Positions 25,030 through 36,089 of a stretch of 64,000 bases of DNA are shown piece by piece. The notes under the pieces are model-generated. The model was given only the letters and a program-made list of their open reading frames with translations, did not search any database and was not told the DNA's origin. The position numbers and the translations under genes were made by a program. Source of the DNA: Camelus ferus (taxonomy: Eukaryota). The stretch covers positions 9,674,001-9,738,000 of the forward strand of contig NC_045697.1 in NCBI RefSeq assembly GCF_009834535.1, given 5' to 3'. Position 1 is the stretch's first letter, and each line of letters starts with the position of its first letter.

Positions 25030-25273
25030 TAGAGCTTTTCAAACAGAACATGCATACCACCCCCGGGGAATCTTATATAACTGCAGGTTCTGATTCGGTG
25101 GGTCTGGGCGGCCTGACACCCTATTTTGGGGGGGTTTAATTTTTTTAATTGGAGGTCCTCTTACATGCTAAGCATTCACTCTACCACTGAGCTAAACCCC
25201 CTTCCTTCCCCTCAGACCCTGCTCTTGAGATGTTAATGTTGTAGGCCCAGGGACCACTGCTTTGAGTAGTGAG
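25030..25273 (+). mobile_element. MER5A1-like MITE interrupted by a SINE
   Basis: gcaggttctgattcggtgggtctggg[SINE]...ccagggaccactgctttgagtagtgagg. Confidence 0.7.
25123..25209 (-). mobile_element. tRNA-Ala(AGC)-derived SINE, camelid Vic-1-like, internally deleted
   Basis: Reverse complement GGGGGTTTAGCTCAGTGGTAGAGTGAATGCTTAGCATGTAAGAGG-ACCTCCA plus A/C-rich tail; flanked by imperfect TSD cctgacaccct / cctcagaccct. Confidence 0.8.
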
Positions 25274-25499
25274 GTCCTTTCCAACACAATACTCCCAGGA
25301 AATCCAGAAATGATCACCAAGCAAATAGAAGCTCTTTTTGCCCCATTTCTCTAATGCAAAGAGCTAGCTTTTTTTTTCCCTCCCAATCTCTGAGTACACA
25401 GGGGAAATCCTGCCAGTAGAACTTTGGAGCCTCGGGGCCTGATGCCTGTTCTGGAGGGCACAGCCTAGGATGAGAACCAATCCTAGGGTGGGAAAAAAG

Positions 25500-26780
25500 G
25501 ATTGGGCTCCCAACCTCTTGGAAAAGCATCCCTCATTCCTGCGCCCCCTCTCCTGGCTCTGTTTAAACTTACATATTTGGGGTTATTTTTTTGCTGTTGT
25601 CCTTTTGCCCTGTCACCGCCGCCCCTAACCCGACCAGCCAAACACCACCATCTGTTATCAGCCCAGCCTGAGCCCCGGCTAGGTGCAGCTGTCTTCCATG
25701 AAGTGACTGCCTCTGGTCCCCTGCACTGGCCGAGACAGAGGCTGGAGGCTCCTAGCCCAGGGAAGCCGGCCTCCAGAGGCAGAAAAGCCCACCCTTGGCA
25801 CACGTCAATCCTGGAGGCCGGCTGGTGAAGGTGCGCCCTCCCCGCACGCACCACCCTGCCCGCGGGGCAACCCCATCCACAATGGGGCAGGCCTGGCCCC
25901 GCACAAAGGCGACAGCTGTGCGGCAGGGCCGGCAAGGCCGCAAGCCAGAGGGGCCACCGCCGGAGCCTTGCAGCCTCCTTAATTTATTTATAGATGCGCT
26001 GGCTCTTTATGTGGCCTAGTTAAGGACGCCTTTCCATAAATATACAGAAACGGATGTTATTCTAGAACCCACCAATAATAGACACAGCTGTAGAGACTGT
26101 TGCTGGATTAAGAGCCCTCTCTCCCTCTCATCACCTCCTCCCCCAAAATAGAAAATAAAGTTAAAAATGCATATGGGGTTTTTTTGTTTGTTTGTATGCA
26201 AAGGAGAAATTCTACTTAATGATGAGATGTTTCTCTGAGAGCAAAGACAGGATTTCCTAGGAAACAACTTTAGGAACGAAGGCTGTATCATTGCCAAAGA
26301 CATAGCTCTCGCCTTCGCATCCCCGGACAGTGATCCTTGGGCCCTCTGCTTTCATCCTTAAGTGTGAGCCTCTGTTTAACCCAAACATAATCCTCTTGTC
26401 ACAGAGTCCACACGTGGTTCACCTCTCTGCAAAAATATGATTTGCCTAGCACAATTCTTTCCGAAGGGACCAGTGGTGTGGAGTGCCGGCCCAGTTACTG
26501 CTCTTTGGAGTCAAGGGGCAGAGAAGGAATGGAATCATTACAGAGCTGTGAATGAGTCTCCAGCCCGAAGCCCTTTGTTATTTCTCCCAGTTTGTTCTAC
26601 AGACCCTTAATTCTATTATCCAGCTGTAATTTGGCTCTGTGTCTCTCCAACATGCTTTCCTTTCTTCTGCCCTCTTTCTTTTTAATCGATTGATTCATCT
26701 GTAATTGGATTTTCTCTGGCTCTTACCAGCTATTAAAAGTAGCCGTGTGTGCGTATGTGAGTGAGTGTGCTTCCTAACTA
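25500..26780. promoter_or_regulatory. Repeat-free island with CpG-rich core; candidate enhancer or promoter
   Basis: About 16 CpGs in 25730-25970 (hand count); SOX, E-box, homeobox, MEF2/TATA-like and CCAAT motifs; no recognisable repeat. Confidence 0.5.
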
Positions 26781-26869
26781 GGCCACGCTTTCGAATGCCT
26801 TGCAATCCTGACTCTTGCTCAGGGTTTCTTAGTCTGAATTCAGTTCCCGGATCCCTTTTTGGGCAGCAA

Positions 26870-27300
26870 GGAATAGAAGAGCAGAGAGAATATGGGCTTT
26901 GGAAGCAGACAAAACCATATCATGTTTTGTTTTGTTTGTTTTGTGAAAGGCTGACATTTATTGAGTTCATACTATGTGCCTGGAGTTTTTCCAAGCACCT
27001 TCCAAGCGTTAATAACCCTCAGTGCACCCTTTTAAGGTAGGCACTATTACTATTCCATTTTACAGAAGAAAGAACAGTGACAGAGGAGGTTCAGGAACTT
27101 GTTTACGGTCACACAATGAGTTCTTGATCACAATGAGATTTTCCAAAATTCTACCCCTTTGTATCTTGTAACTTTATGCAGGGCTTATTTTTCCTGCCTT
27201 TGGCTTCACATCTGCAAAATGAGTGAGACTAGATCCTTGGCAGGAGGATTGTTCGAATGTGCTGAGAGCACAGTGCCTGATTCGCGCTGGGCGTTAAATA
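26870..27300. mobile_element. MIR elements (nested, opposite orientations)
   Basis: tttattgagttcatactatgtgcctgg...ccattttacagaagaa...ggtcacac; then catctgcaaaatgag...cacagtgcctga. Confidence 0.75.
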
Positions 27301-27679
27301 CACAGGAGACCCCAGGGTCAGACACCACAAGGGAGACCAGTAATTCCTGTGCTGTGGCTGAGACCAAGGGCTAAATATGGGAATCCTGTGAGCATGGAGA
27401 ACAGAAATAGAGTGTTATCCTCTGACACTTGCTTACTAAGATGCTGCAGTCTTTGCCTTGGACAAACAAACAGAAACCAAGCAGATCACTTTATACAATC
27501 GCTGTAAAGATTTTGCTGCTGGCAAGCAGTGGACTTTAGACAAGCATTTCCACTCTCCAGCGACTCATTTTCCCAAATGTAAACGATGGGGTTGCCTCAT
27601 CTATAATGACCTCAGGGGACAGGCTCAGTGCGGTCACTTCAAGGCGGGACCAATTATGCCAGGGCCATCATGAAGCCTT

Positions 27680-27850
27680 GAGGACTTATCAGTTGCATTT
27701 AATGTAATTATTTGACTATCACCACAAATGCACACAGTCTTACACCCATTACACGGGTAAGGCAACTGAGGCATCTGTGTAAGGTGGTTAAGGAACTTGC
27801 CCCAGGTAGGATAAGTGGCAGAACCACTCAAACCACCACACTCTTTCCAG
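27680..27850 (-). mobile_element. MIR SINE
   Basis: ggcaactgaggc...ggttaaggaacttgccccagg...taagtggcagaacc. Confidence 0.7.
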
Positions 27851-28049
27851 TAAGGCACAAGGCCCCGCTCTTCATTTCTGGGTGTCAGACCTCAGGGAAG
27901 ATCTGCAGAACTTGGCTTTGTCACTGAGTTGGGGGGGGAACAGCTGCAGGGGGTGACTCTGGGTGCACTGGGAAGGGGTAAATTGCCGAGGAACAAAGGA
28001 CATGCCAAACTGACTGCAAAACAGCTTGTGGTTTGCTCACCATTTGGGT

Positions 28050-28210
28050 TGTATAATACTCCCAACCGCCATTTCTTAAACAACCCTTCGGATGATTTCA
28101 CAAGGTTGTTGAATGAAATAATGCATATGAAACACTTAGCACAGCACCTGGTCCTCACAGTCTCAAGACTTCCTAATTCATGGGAGTTATTATAATAATT
28201 ATTGTTAGTG
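28050..28210 (+). mobile_element. MIR 3' fragment
   Basis: aatgaaataatgcatatgaaacacttagcacagcacctgg. Confidence 0.7.
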
Positions 28211-28849
28211 GAATGAATTTTTAAATATGGTCAATATATGCAAATATATGCAAGGTTTTTAAAATTTGTTACCAGTTTCCTTTCATATCAGATCAAGGTC
28301 TATTTTTTAAAAGTCAAATTTTAAAAATCACTCCTAGAATCTATGAACAGAATTGGTTTCCACCCCACACCCCTCTGCCTGCCCTTCTTTCTACAAGGTC
28401 CTAATGCTGTTCAGAGAGACACAAAACCCAGTTTTGACTGTCACTCCAGCAGGAGGAGTCAGGAATTGACCTCCACTGCAAAACTGCAGAGTAATATAAT
28501 TTCACAACTTCTAACGTCTGGCAAACTCCACCAGTAGTATTTGCAAAAGCAATTTTGCAATGACCACACTCGGGAAATCCCCAAAGAATGTTTATAATTC
28601 TGCAGATTTAGAGGTTTGTTTGAATTCTAAATTTTCCCTCAGCCACATCATCCAGAAATGTAACACTCCGTTTCAAATTAAAACAGCATGTGTGTATGAA
28701 CTCTGACACAGCTCAAAAACATGATTTAATTCAACCAAAATTTCACAGACGGATCATTACAGTCTTTTTTGAAATCGTACAGAGTTGTAAGCAATTTACA
28801 TCTGATTCCAATGGGGAGGGACTGGATCAGGAACCCATGGCATCTCAAC

Positions 28850-29055
28850 GGTACTGTTGCCACCATTAGCCAGGAACGAGAGCAAGGAGGGGACGCTGCA
28901 AGCAGTGACCAGCTTTCTTTCGGGAGTGAGAGCAATGCTTCTGAATTAGAAAACAGTGATGGCTGCCAATCTTGTGACTACACTAAAAACCACTGAATTG
29001 TATACTTTAAAAGGGTGAATGTTAATGGCATGTGAATTATCTCAATTTAAAAAAA
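28850..29055 (+). mobile_element. L1MB-type 3' end
   Basis: ctaaaaaccactgaattgtatactttaaaagggtgaat...atggcatgtgaattatctcaat plus A tail. Confidence 0.8.
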
Positions 29056-29429
29056 TAGTGCAAAAAGATAGGTTGAATTCTTTGTAAATGGAGTCAAACT
29101 ATTATAGAAAAGTCTGGGAAAAAATGTTATATAAATGCAATTGACATAAGATAAAATTCCTGCCATATTAAGCGTGTGTGTGAGGTAGGGGAATCATGTT
29201 CCAAGACACCAAATCTGACCCATTTTGATGATAAAATACCTGTGTCTAGATGGACCTAGAAGAATATACACCAAATTGTTAACTGGTTATTTCTGGGATT
29301 ACAGGTGGTTTTTAGTTTCGTTTTGCCTTTCTAGGGATATATTATAGTTTTAATAAAGGGAAGGAAAAGAAGAAAACAGTTCTGGGGGAGGGGGAAGGAG
29401 AGATGACAGGGAAAAGTTTTACTTTAGAC

Positions 29430-29780
29430 CTTCAAAGAACCCAAACTGAACAAGCTTCAACAATGTTTCCGGAGAACTGACAATACGCGCTGTGTTAGAA
29501 AACAGCCATCAACTGTCTGCAGCCCAACGACAAACAAGAAACAATGCTTCAATGTTTATTCGTTGGCTGCCCTCCCCCATTGCTTTCATTTTGATTTGGA
29601 AAATGCGGGGACTGTTCTCCTGATAAAAGTTTACAAGCAAAGCCAACCTCACTTAACTGCTTTGTGATAAACAACTTCCTCCCCTCTGCCCCCCGCCCCT
29701 CCCCGCCCTTCCCCACCCCACCCCCCGTTATCAAAGGGACCTTATTCAGTAAGTTGCCAGCATGACTTTTTAGTTGGCTG
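29430..29780. promoter_or_regulatory. Candidate enhancer: SOX/GATA/FOX/TCF/ETS/SP-KLF motif cluster
   Basis: AACAATG x2, GATA (TGATAA/TTATCA) x3, FOX cores x3, WTCAAAG x2, ACTTCCT and GC/CACCC boxes within about 310 bp of unique sequence. Confidence 0.55.
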
Positions 29781-29819
29781 GTTCTGTTTTATTGCCATCA
29801 TGTACAGTCTTACCTACTG

Positions 29820-30060
29820 AGGAAAGAAGAAAGCAATATTGTGGGAGGACCTACTGTGTGCCAGGTGTGTTTCAGGAGGGATTGATGGCGATATTTAATT
29901 TGTCCCAATGAGGGGCGCATGAGAGGGGAGCAGAATGATCTCTACTGTTAGAGACAGAGGGAGCCTAGTGGACCACCTGCCGTCGCCTGGCTGCTGGGTG
30001 GCAGAGCCAGGTCTGACCTATGTGTCTGACCCCCAAGAAGCATGTCTAATCCTCCCACAC
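29820..30060 (-). mobile_element. MIR SINE
   Basis: gaggacctactgtgtgccagg...gtggcagagccagg...gtctgacccc. Confidence 0.6.
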
Positions 30061-30939
30061 CCTTGGTCCCACAGGATTCTTGTAGCCAACTAATTATCAA
30101 ATCAAACCATATGAAATAAAATTGATCAGCTGCCAAAAAGCTCACTTACTAAATTGCTGGGACTCAGCCCTAATCTTCCTCATTGAGGATGAAGCCCTGC
30201 CGGCCCCATGTGCACACGTGTGTACACACACACACACTCTCTCCATGTGCTAGAAACATCATGTTAGAGGGGGAAGCAGGAAGGGGGAGGAGGAGGAAGC
30301 CAGCCTTTCTTTCTTGTTGCTACTCCACCCATCACGGGCTCCCCTGGCCCCAGCTCTGCAGTTGGTCCCATTATGTTTCCACCCAGCTAATTATAGTCAC
30401 TGATTACCTAACAGCAAGCCCCACTGTCACCTGCTTTGGCCTGACAGATTATGCCATCTGGGCCACGTGGCCAGGGTCCGAGAGCCACAAGAGGTCACAG
30501 AGAGGGGCGGATGGCTCTGAATGGGAAGAAATGTGTTTACAGCCCTGACAGCTGACTGGGCCATTAAAGGGGCTTTCGCTGTGTGTGCCCAGCTGAAACC
30601 CCTCTCCAGGGGCCTCGCTATTAGCTAATGGGACGTGGCTGTGTGTCGCTCCAGTTCCAAATGTGGACATGCTAGGGGACTGCGTGCTCTCCTAAAAAGG
30701 AGAAGAAAAAGGACTCAGGAGAAACCTGGGAGCTTGCAGCTGTTTGGAGTCCCTGTTGAGCAGACACCAGACCATGCCTGCCGAATCCGCACCCAACTGC
30801 TGGCTGTATTCAAGCGCATTTTCCACTTCCTGTGCTCCTATACATTAAACTGAACACGTGTATGAAACACACTTCGTGACATTAAATCAACTCTGTAGGG
30901 TGACTCCCATTTCATTAAGAACTTTCATGTCCTTAACAG

Positions 30940-31118
30940 CAGTGCCTCAGTCTCAAATTTTACTACACCTGTGTGTGACTGGGGAATTTTATTAACGTGT
31001 AGATTCCAAATCTGTAGACTTGGGGGAAGGGTGGGGGCAGAAGGAGTGCAGATTCTACAGAGTTCCTAGAAGATTGCTGATGCCACCGGTCCACAGACCA
31101 GGCTTTGCGTAGCAAGGA
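30940..31118 (+). mobile_element. MER5A1-like MITE
   Basis: tctcaaatttta...ctggggaatttttattaa...gattgctgatgccaccggtccacagaccaggctttgcgtagcaagg. Confidence 0.65.
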
Positions 31119-31180
31119 ACTAGTTAGTTCTTGAATGAAATTAAATGACTGAATTAACATTATACAGAAAAAACTATACA

Positions 31181-31400
31181 ACAGTATTTCTCAAACTGTG
31201 TTACAGAACAAGAGTCAACTAAGAAAGTTGCCTCCACCCCAACAGGTACTCAGTCAAGAGAAGTTTGGAAATCACTGTATACGCTGAGCCCCCGGGAAAT
31301 CTCAGTACCCACCGTTAGCATATATTGGCGCTGAGGAAGCCCGCAGTGATCTGTCCCACTTTAGATGTGAACAGTTTGCATTCAACTAAAAGTCTGGTGT
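31181..31400 (+). mobile_element. MER103C-like hAT-Charlie element
   Basis: cagtatttctcaaactgtgtt...aagtttggaaatcactgtata...ttagcatatattggcgctgaggaagcccgcagt. Confidence 0.55.
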
Positions 31401-32069
31401 TCTATGCCCTATTTTTTTGTTGCAACCCTTGCTGAAGATTTTCTATTATCCTGATTGCTTAACCTGTCCATAAATTTCTTGATTTGAAAAATGCCTTCTC
31501 AGCCATAGAAGATTATTCATGTGAAACACACACACACACGCGCACACTTAAGAAAGGCTTTGAGACTGTGAAGCAATGCTCATGGGAGGTACTGTCCTAA
31601 AGTACAGGCATCTGGGCAGTTAGTTTGCTCTGACAGCTTCTCAGTCCAGTGACCACAGCCTGCTCTCTTCCCCTGCCCTTAGCTTGAGGCAGCAGAATGG
31701 GAAGGAAAAAAGCCGGGGGGAGGCGGCCAGGAGGTGGGATCATGAGGACCGGGTGTGTAGTAGATCTGAAGGCCTGAGGACCAAGTCCAGTCATCTCCAG
31801 AGATTACAGCTTCAAGACTGATTTGCTTACACTTTAACTTAAAAAGGCCAAGTTTACCAAGCCACCTTCTGAAAGTTTTTACATGACATTGTAAAATGCT
31901 CACCATATAGTATTAAATAAAAAATAAAAGACAACACAATCACAGCTTGTGGCTGTGTGTGTGTCTGTGTCTGTGTCCTTATGTATGTGCAGCCTGTGTA
32001 CGTAGGGGGATGTGTGTGCACGTAACTGCACATGTGATTTTGAAGGTGTGTAGAAAATCACTAAGAACG

Positions 32070-32270
32070 TTAGCTTTGGAGTTAGGCGATGTTAGGTTCA
32101 AATGGAAACTGATTTAAGTTTCTTAACCTTTGGTTTGTATCTTCTGTGCAATGGGGCTGACAATTCCCACCCCAGGCTTCCATGGGAATTAAATGAGACA
32201 ATGTCTGGCAAGCACTTAGCACATTGCCTGGCTCAGATTAAGCCCTCAGCAAATGGGGGATATGATTGTA
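32070..32270 (+). mobile_element. MIR SINE
   Basis: gctttggagttagg...gaattaaatgagacaatgtctggcaagcacttagcacattgcctggc. Confidence 0.8.
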
Positions 32271-32274
32271 ATTA

Positions 32275-32530
32275 ATACAGAAAGAAAGGTTGGAAGAAAA
32301 TGCACAAAATGTTAATGGTGGGTTATCTCTGGATGGTGAGTTAGAAATGATTTTGATTTTCTTCTTTGTATAGTTTGGAATTATTCAAGGAACAAGTATC
32401 ATTTTAAAATAAAAAAATTAGAAAACAAACTTTATGAAGTAAAATGTTAATTGTAGTTTTCTCTGATTGGTAAATCGTGGGTCATTTTTATTTTCTTTGT
32501 TGTACTTCCAATGTTTCTCAAATTGTCCAC
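32275..32530 (+). mobile_element. L1ME-type 3'UTR fragments
   Basis: ggaagaaaatgcacaaaatgttaatggtgggttatctctggatggtgag; a similar block recurs at about 32440. Confidence 0.55.
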
Positions 32531-32704
32531 AACTCATTCATCTTAACAATTTTTGAATATGAAAGCCATGTCAACCCACTTTGGACATTTTGGAAAAGTA
32601 CAGAAAAATCCTGAAAAGAAAGTAAAAACTACTGGCAATGTCATAATTTCTCTGTATTTGTTATTCTTTGTTTAAATTTATGAAGTACAAATCCATATCT
32701 AAAG

Positions 32705-32761
32705 GAATAGTCCCTATAGTTGTGCAGTGCACAACATGGACAGCCATACTCAATGGTCCTG
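32705..32761. mobile_element. MER91-like hAT-Tip100 fragment
   Basis: agttgtgcagtgcacaac core palindrome followed by a ...cctg terminus. Confidence 0.55.
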
Positions 32762-33289
32762 AAAAAGTACCCATCCCCCAACTTTTCTTTCCACTCCCGA
32801 GAAGTCACTGAAGTTTAATATGAATTCTTTCAGTGTATGTATAATATCCACATAAGCATATATGTAAATACAGGCTCATATGATTAGGCAAAAATGGTTA
32901 TTATGTAAGAAAATTTCAGAAAGATTTTAGAGGCCCCTTAAATGTTATAGATATAATTAATTAGTCCTTCAAGACCAGCTCTAAGAGGAAGGCACCTTCT
33001 CCATGTGTGAATTTACTTTAGCAAATGTACATGATGCATCTACTCTATTTTCTTTACTATTTACTAAGGAAACAAAAATAAAGGAGACACAAAGACTCTG
33101 GTCTCGGTAAGCCTCTGGTCTGTCATAGAGACGTACATATTACAAATGTTTGCAGCGCCGAGTGGTACCTACAGTAATGGAAGCTGATAACAAGCCCAGA
33201 GGCTGTAAGAAGAGAGACAGTGAGTCTCTCCTTCTGTAGGGATTCTGGGAGACTTCCTGGATAAGAACTCATCTAACCGGCGTCTAAGT

Positions 33290-33625
33290 GCTGGTTCCTA
33301 TCACACCTACACAACTTGAAGTTCTCCCACGTTCATCTTGTCCACACAGGTCTCTGGTCTTGAGCTGGAACACGTTCCCACACTTCTCCTCCTCAGCAAA
33401 CCTACTCATCTTTCAACACTTAACCAGAAGTTGCTTCCTGGAAGGCTTCCCTCAGTCCCGAGTGGAGGAGGTGCCCCTTCTTCCTGTGCATGTGTTTTTA
33501 TCATACACTCACCTGGAAGTCAGTATTTTGCCCTATTTAGCTTTGTATGATGGGGCAGGATGGAACACCACACCCAGGACACAGTTAGTGCCCAATCAAT
33601 GTTTCCAAAAAACAAACAAATGGAC
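33290..33625 (+). mobile_element. L2 3' fragment
   Basis: ctggaacacgttccc...cctactcatctttcaa...cttcctggaaggcttccct...gtgcccaatcaatgttt. Confidence 0.6.
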
Positions 33626-33807
33626 AAAACAGTGCTAGATAGCTCTACCTTAGACCACAGTGCAAAGAGCACACACGCGCGGTTTAGAAAGCCGCTTCTC
33701 TGAGCTGAGCCGTTAGAAAAGGCACGTCCTCTGGGAGCACACGGCTCCTCCTCAGGTCACAGCTCAACACACGAACAGTGTCTTTGTGCTTATTGAAAGA
33801 AGTTGCC

Positions 33808-34354
33808 TCACAATAGCCAAGAACCTAAATGTCTGCTGACGGGTAAATGAGTAAAGAAGATGTGGTGTATATATCCACATACATACATACATTACTCAGC
33901 CATAAAAAAGAATGAAATAATGCCATTTGCAGCAACATGGATGGACCTACAGATCGTCATTCTAAGTGACGTAAATCAGACAGAGAAAGGCAAATATCAT
34001 ATGTAATCACTTATATGTGGAATCTAACAAAAGATATAAATTTTACTTACAAACTAGACATAGACTCACAAACATAGAAAACAAACCACGGTTACCAAAG
34101 GGGAAAGGTGAGGAGGGATAAATTTGGAGTTTGGGATTAACAGATACACACTACTATATATAAAAAAGATAAACAACAAGGGCCTACTGTACAGCACAGG
34201 GAACTATATTTGATTTCCTGCAATAACATATAATGGAAAAGAATCTGAAAAGAAAATATATATGTATGTGTATGTATATGTATAATTAAATTGCTTTGCT
34301 GTATACCTGAAGCTGACATTGTAAATCAACTACACTTTAATAAAAAATAAATTC
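33808..34354 (+). mobile_element. Young 5'-truncated L1 3' end with target-site duplication
   Basis: gccataaaaaagaatgaaataatgccatttgcagcaacatggatggacctac...cctactgtacagcacagggaactatat...aataaaaaa; TSD aaagaagttgcc (33796-33807) / aaaaaagtcgcc (34355-34366). Confidence 0.92.
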
Positions 34355-34951
34355 AAAAAAGTCGCCGCCTTGTCCTGGCTGTTTCTCCTGATGGAAGCAG
34401 CCCAGAGGAAGCAGAGCTGAGGCTGGACTCCGGCCCAACTCCTCCAGCAGAGATGCCCTGCAGAGCAGTCTGTGGCGGCCCCAGGGATGCCTGAATGAGC
34501 AAGCTACACTCACAAGGAGCTGAAAATCCATTCAACACCCAAGTAAACGTTCATAGTGAGTGGGCACTCATAAAATGCCCAGCAAAGGTGTAAGTGAATG
34601 AATGAAGGAATGTTAAAAAAAAAATAGATGAATTCCCTCAGACCGACTTTGGTTGGATTCCGTTAAGTTCCTCTGTGTATGTGCTTGATGTTCTTCCTAA
34701 GGTCCCCTTTGATTGAGTCCTTGGAGGTTCTAAGTCCTTTCCTTCCTGGCTAAAAGCCATGGAGGCCTCTGGCTGGTTTTGAACAGCTGGGTGTCCTGGT
34801 GCAGGATGAGGACCTGAAGAGCAGGTGGAGCCTGAATCAGCACCGAGAGGGCGCTTCCAGGTGCTTTCATGTAAACTGACTCACCTCCGAGGTGGCCAGG
34901 GTGCTCACCAGATGCCCCTGTCTCTCCCCTGGCCGTCAAGTGCAGTCTTTA

Positions 34952-34997
34952 ACACACACACACACACACACGCGCACACACACACACACACACACAC
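34952..34997. repeat. Interrupted (AC)n microsatellite
   Basis: AC run with a cgcg interruption. Confidence 0.97.
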
Positions 34998-36089
34998 GCT
35001 GTTTGACACAGGCAGAAGCAGCGGTTAGAGGCAGCCCTGCTGGGGAATCTCCTTGGGAGGGCAGTGGGGGGCAGGCTCTTCGCACGCAGTAGGCATTCCG
35101 AAGGCCCTGGAAGCGGGTTTCTATGCTAAAACCCCATTTGACTGTCTGGATGAGATGAATCAATCACAGAAAACCAGCCCAGGAAGTGCAAGGGTCGCCC
35201 GAGGCTGCCCTGCCCCCAGGGGGCAGGGCCTGTCCTGAGCCTGGAGATCCTGACCCTGGCCCAAGGTCTTTAAGTGCCACACACAGGCTGCTGGCCACCC
35301 AGGGGGTGACTCTAAAGCACCTCTGAGGCCCCCAGACATCAGTAACAGCAAGCTCAGCAGTGTCATTAAAAAGCAAATTATAGCCCAAGGTGGCTTGAAA
35401 TGCCTGTGGGATCAGCCCTTCGCTTTGCAATTACACAGTCACCACTCTTGTCTCCTGTCAGGACTATTGCAAAAGCATCCTTCCTGGGCTTTCCAGACTT
35501 GCCCCCTCCCCCTGCTCAGCCCCACCCTGAGGTTTGCATACTCCCCCAGCCCCTTGCCAAACAACAATGGAATCAGACTACCTCTTGGCCAGAAGGTGAC
35601 AAGCCTCTCTCAGCCCATCCACCAGCTGTAGCCCCAGCTTCTCAGTCCAGCATGGAAGAGCCTCCTGGATCCCACTCCCCCCACCCCAATTCCCAGCCCT
35701 TTGCACTTTCCCCAATACCCCTCTCCTGTCCCCAGATTCTCTGCTTCAGCCAAAGGGATCCATTTCCAGGCCCCCTGACTTACCGAGGACTAACCCTCTG
35801 CCAGCGCTACTCTGGTGAGAAACCTGTTCAGAACAGCCTTTCCTTCTCCCTGTACTTGTGTAAGCCCTTTGTACCCTCTGTAATTTAGTTCACACCCACC
35901 TGTCTGGTGAAGCCTTCTGACAATTGAAAATGCTGGTCCTGTTTCTGGCTTCCCATCGCACCCTAGGAGTCCACCTTGGGTGGGGCATTCAGCAGATAAG
36001 ATGTCTCTTACACAGCCACTGATCTCTACCCTAGGAAAGTCACATCACAGCCAGACTTAAGCTCTTCCGGCTTGAGAACCACATCTTCC

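Noticed and set aside
25149..25201. Possible tRNA-Ala gene
   Set aside because: It lacks the T-arm/B-box and has an A-rich tail and TSD, so it is a SINE copy.
25541..25557. CTCF-like gcgccccctctcctggc
   Set aside because: Only the AGGGGGCGC half matches; the rest of the core does not.
25483..26019. Overlapping ORFs in the GC-rich block
   Set aside because: Expected from high GC content; no recognisable homology or exon structure.
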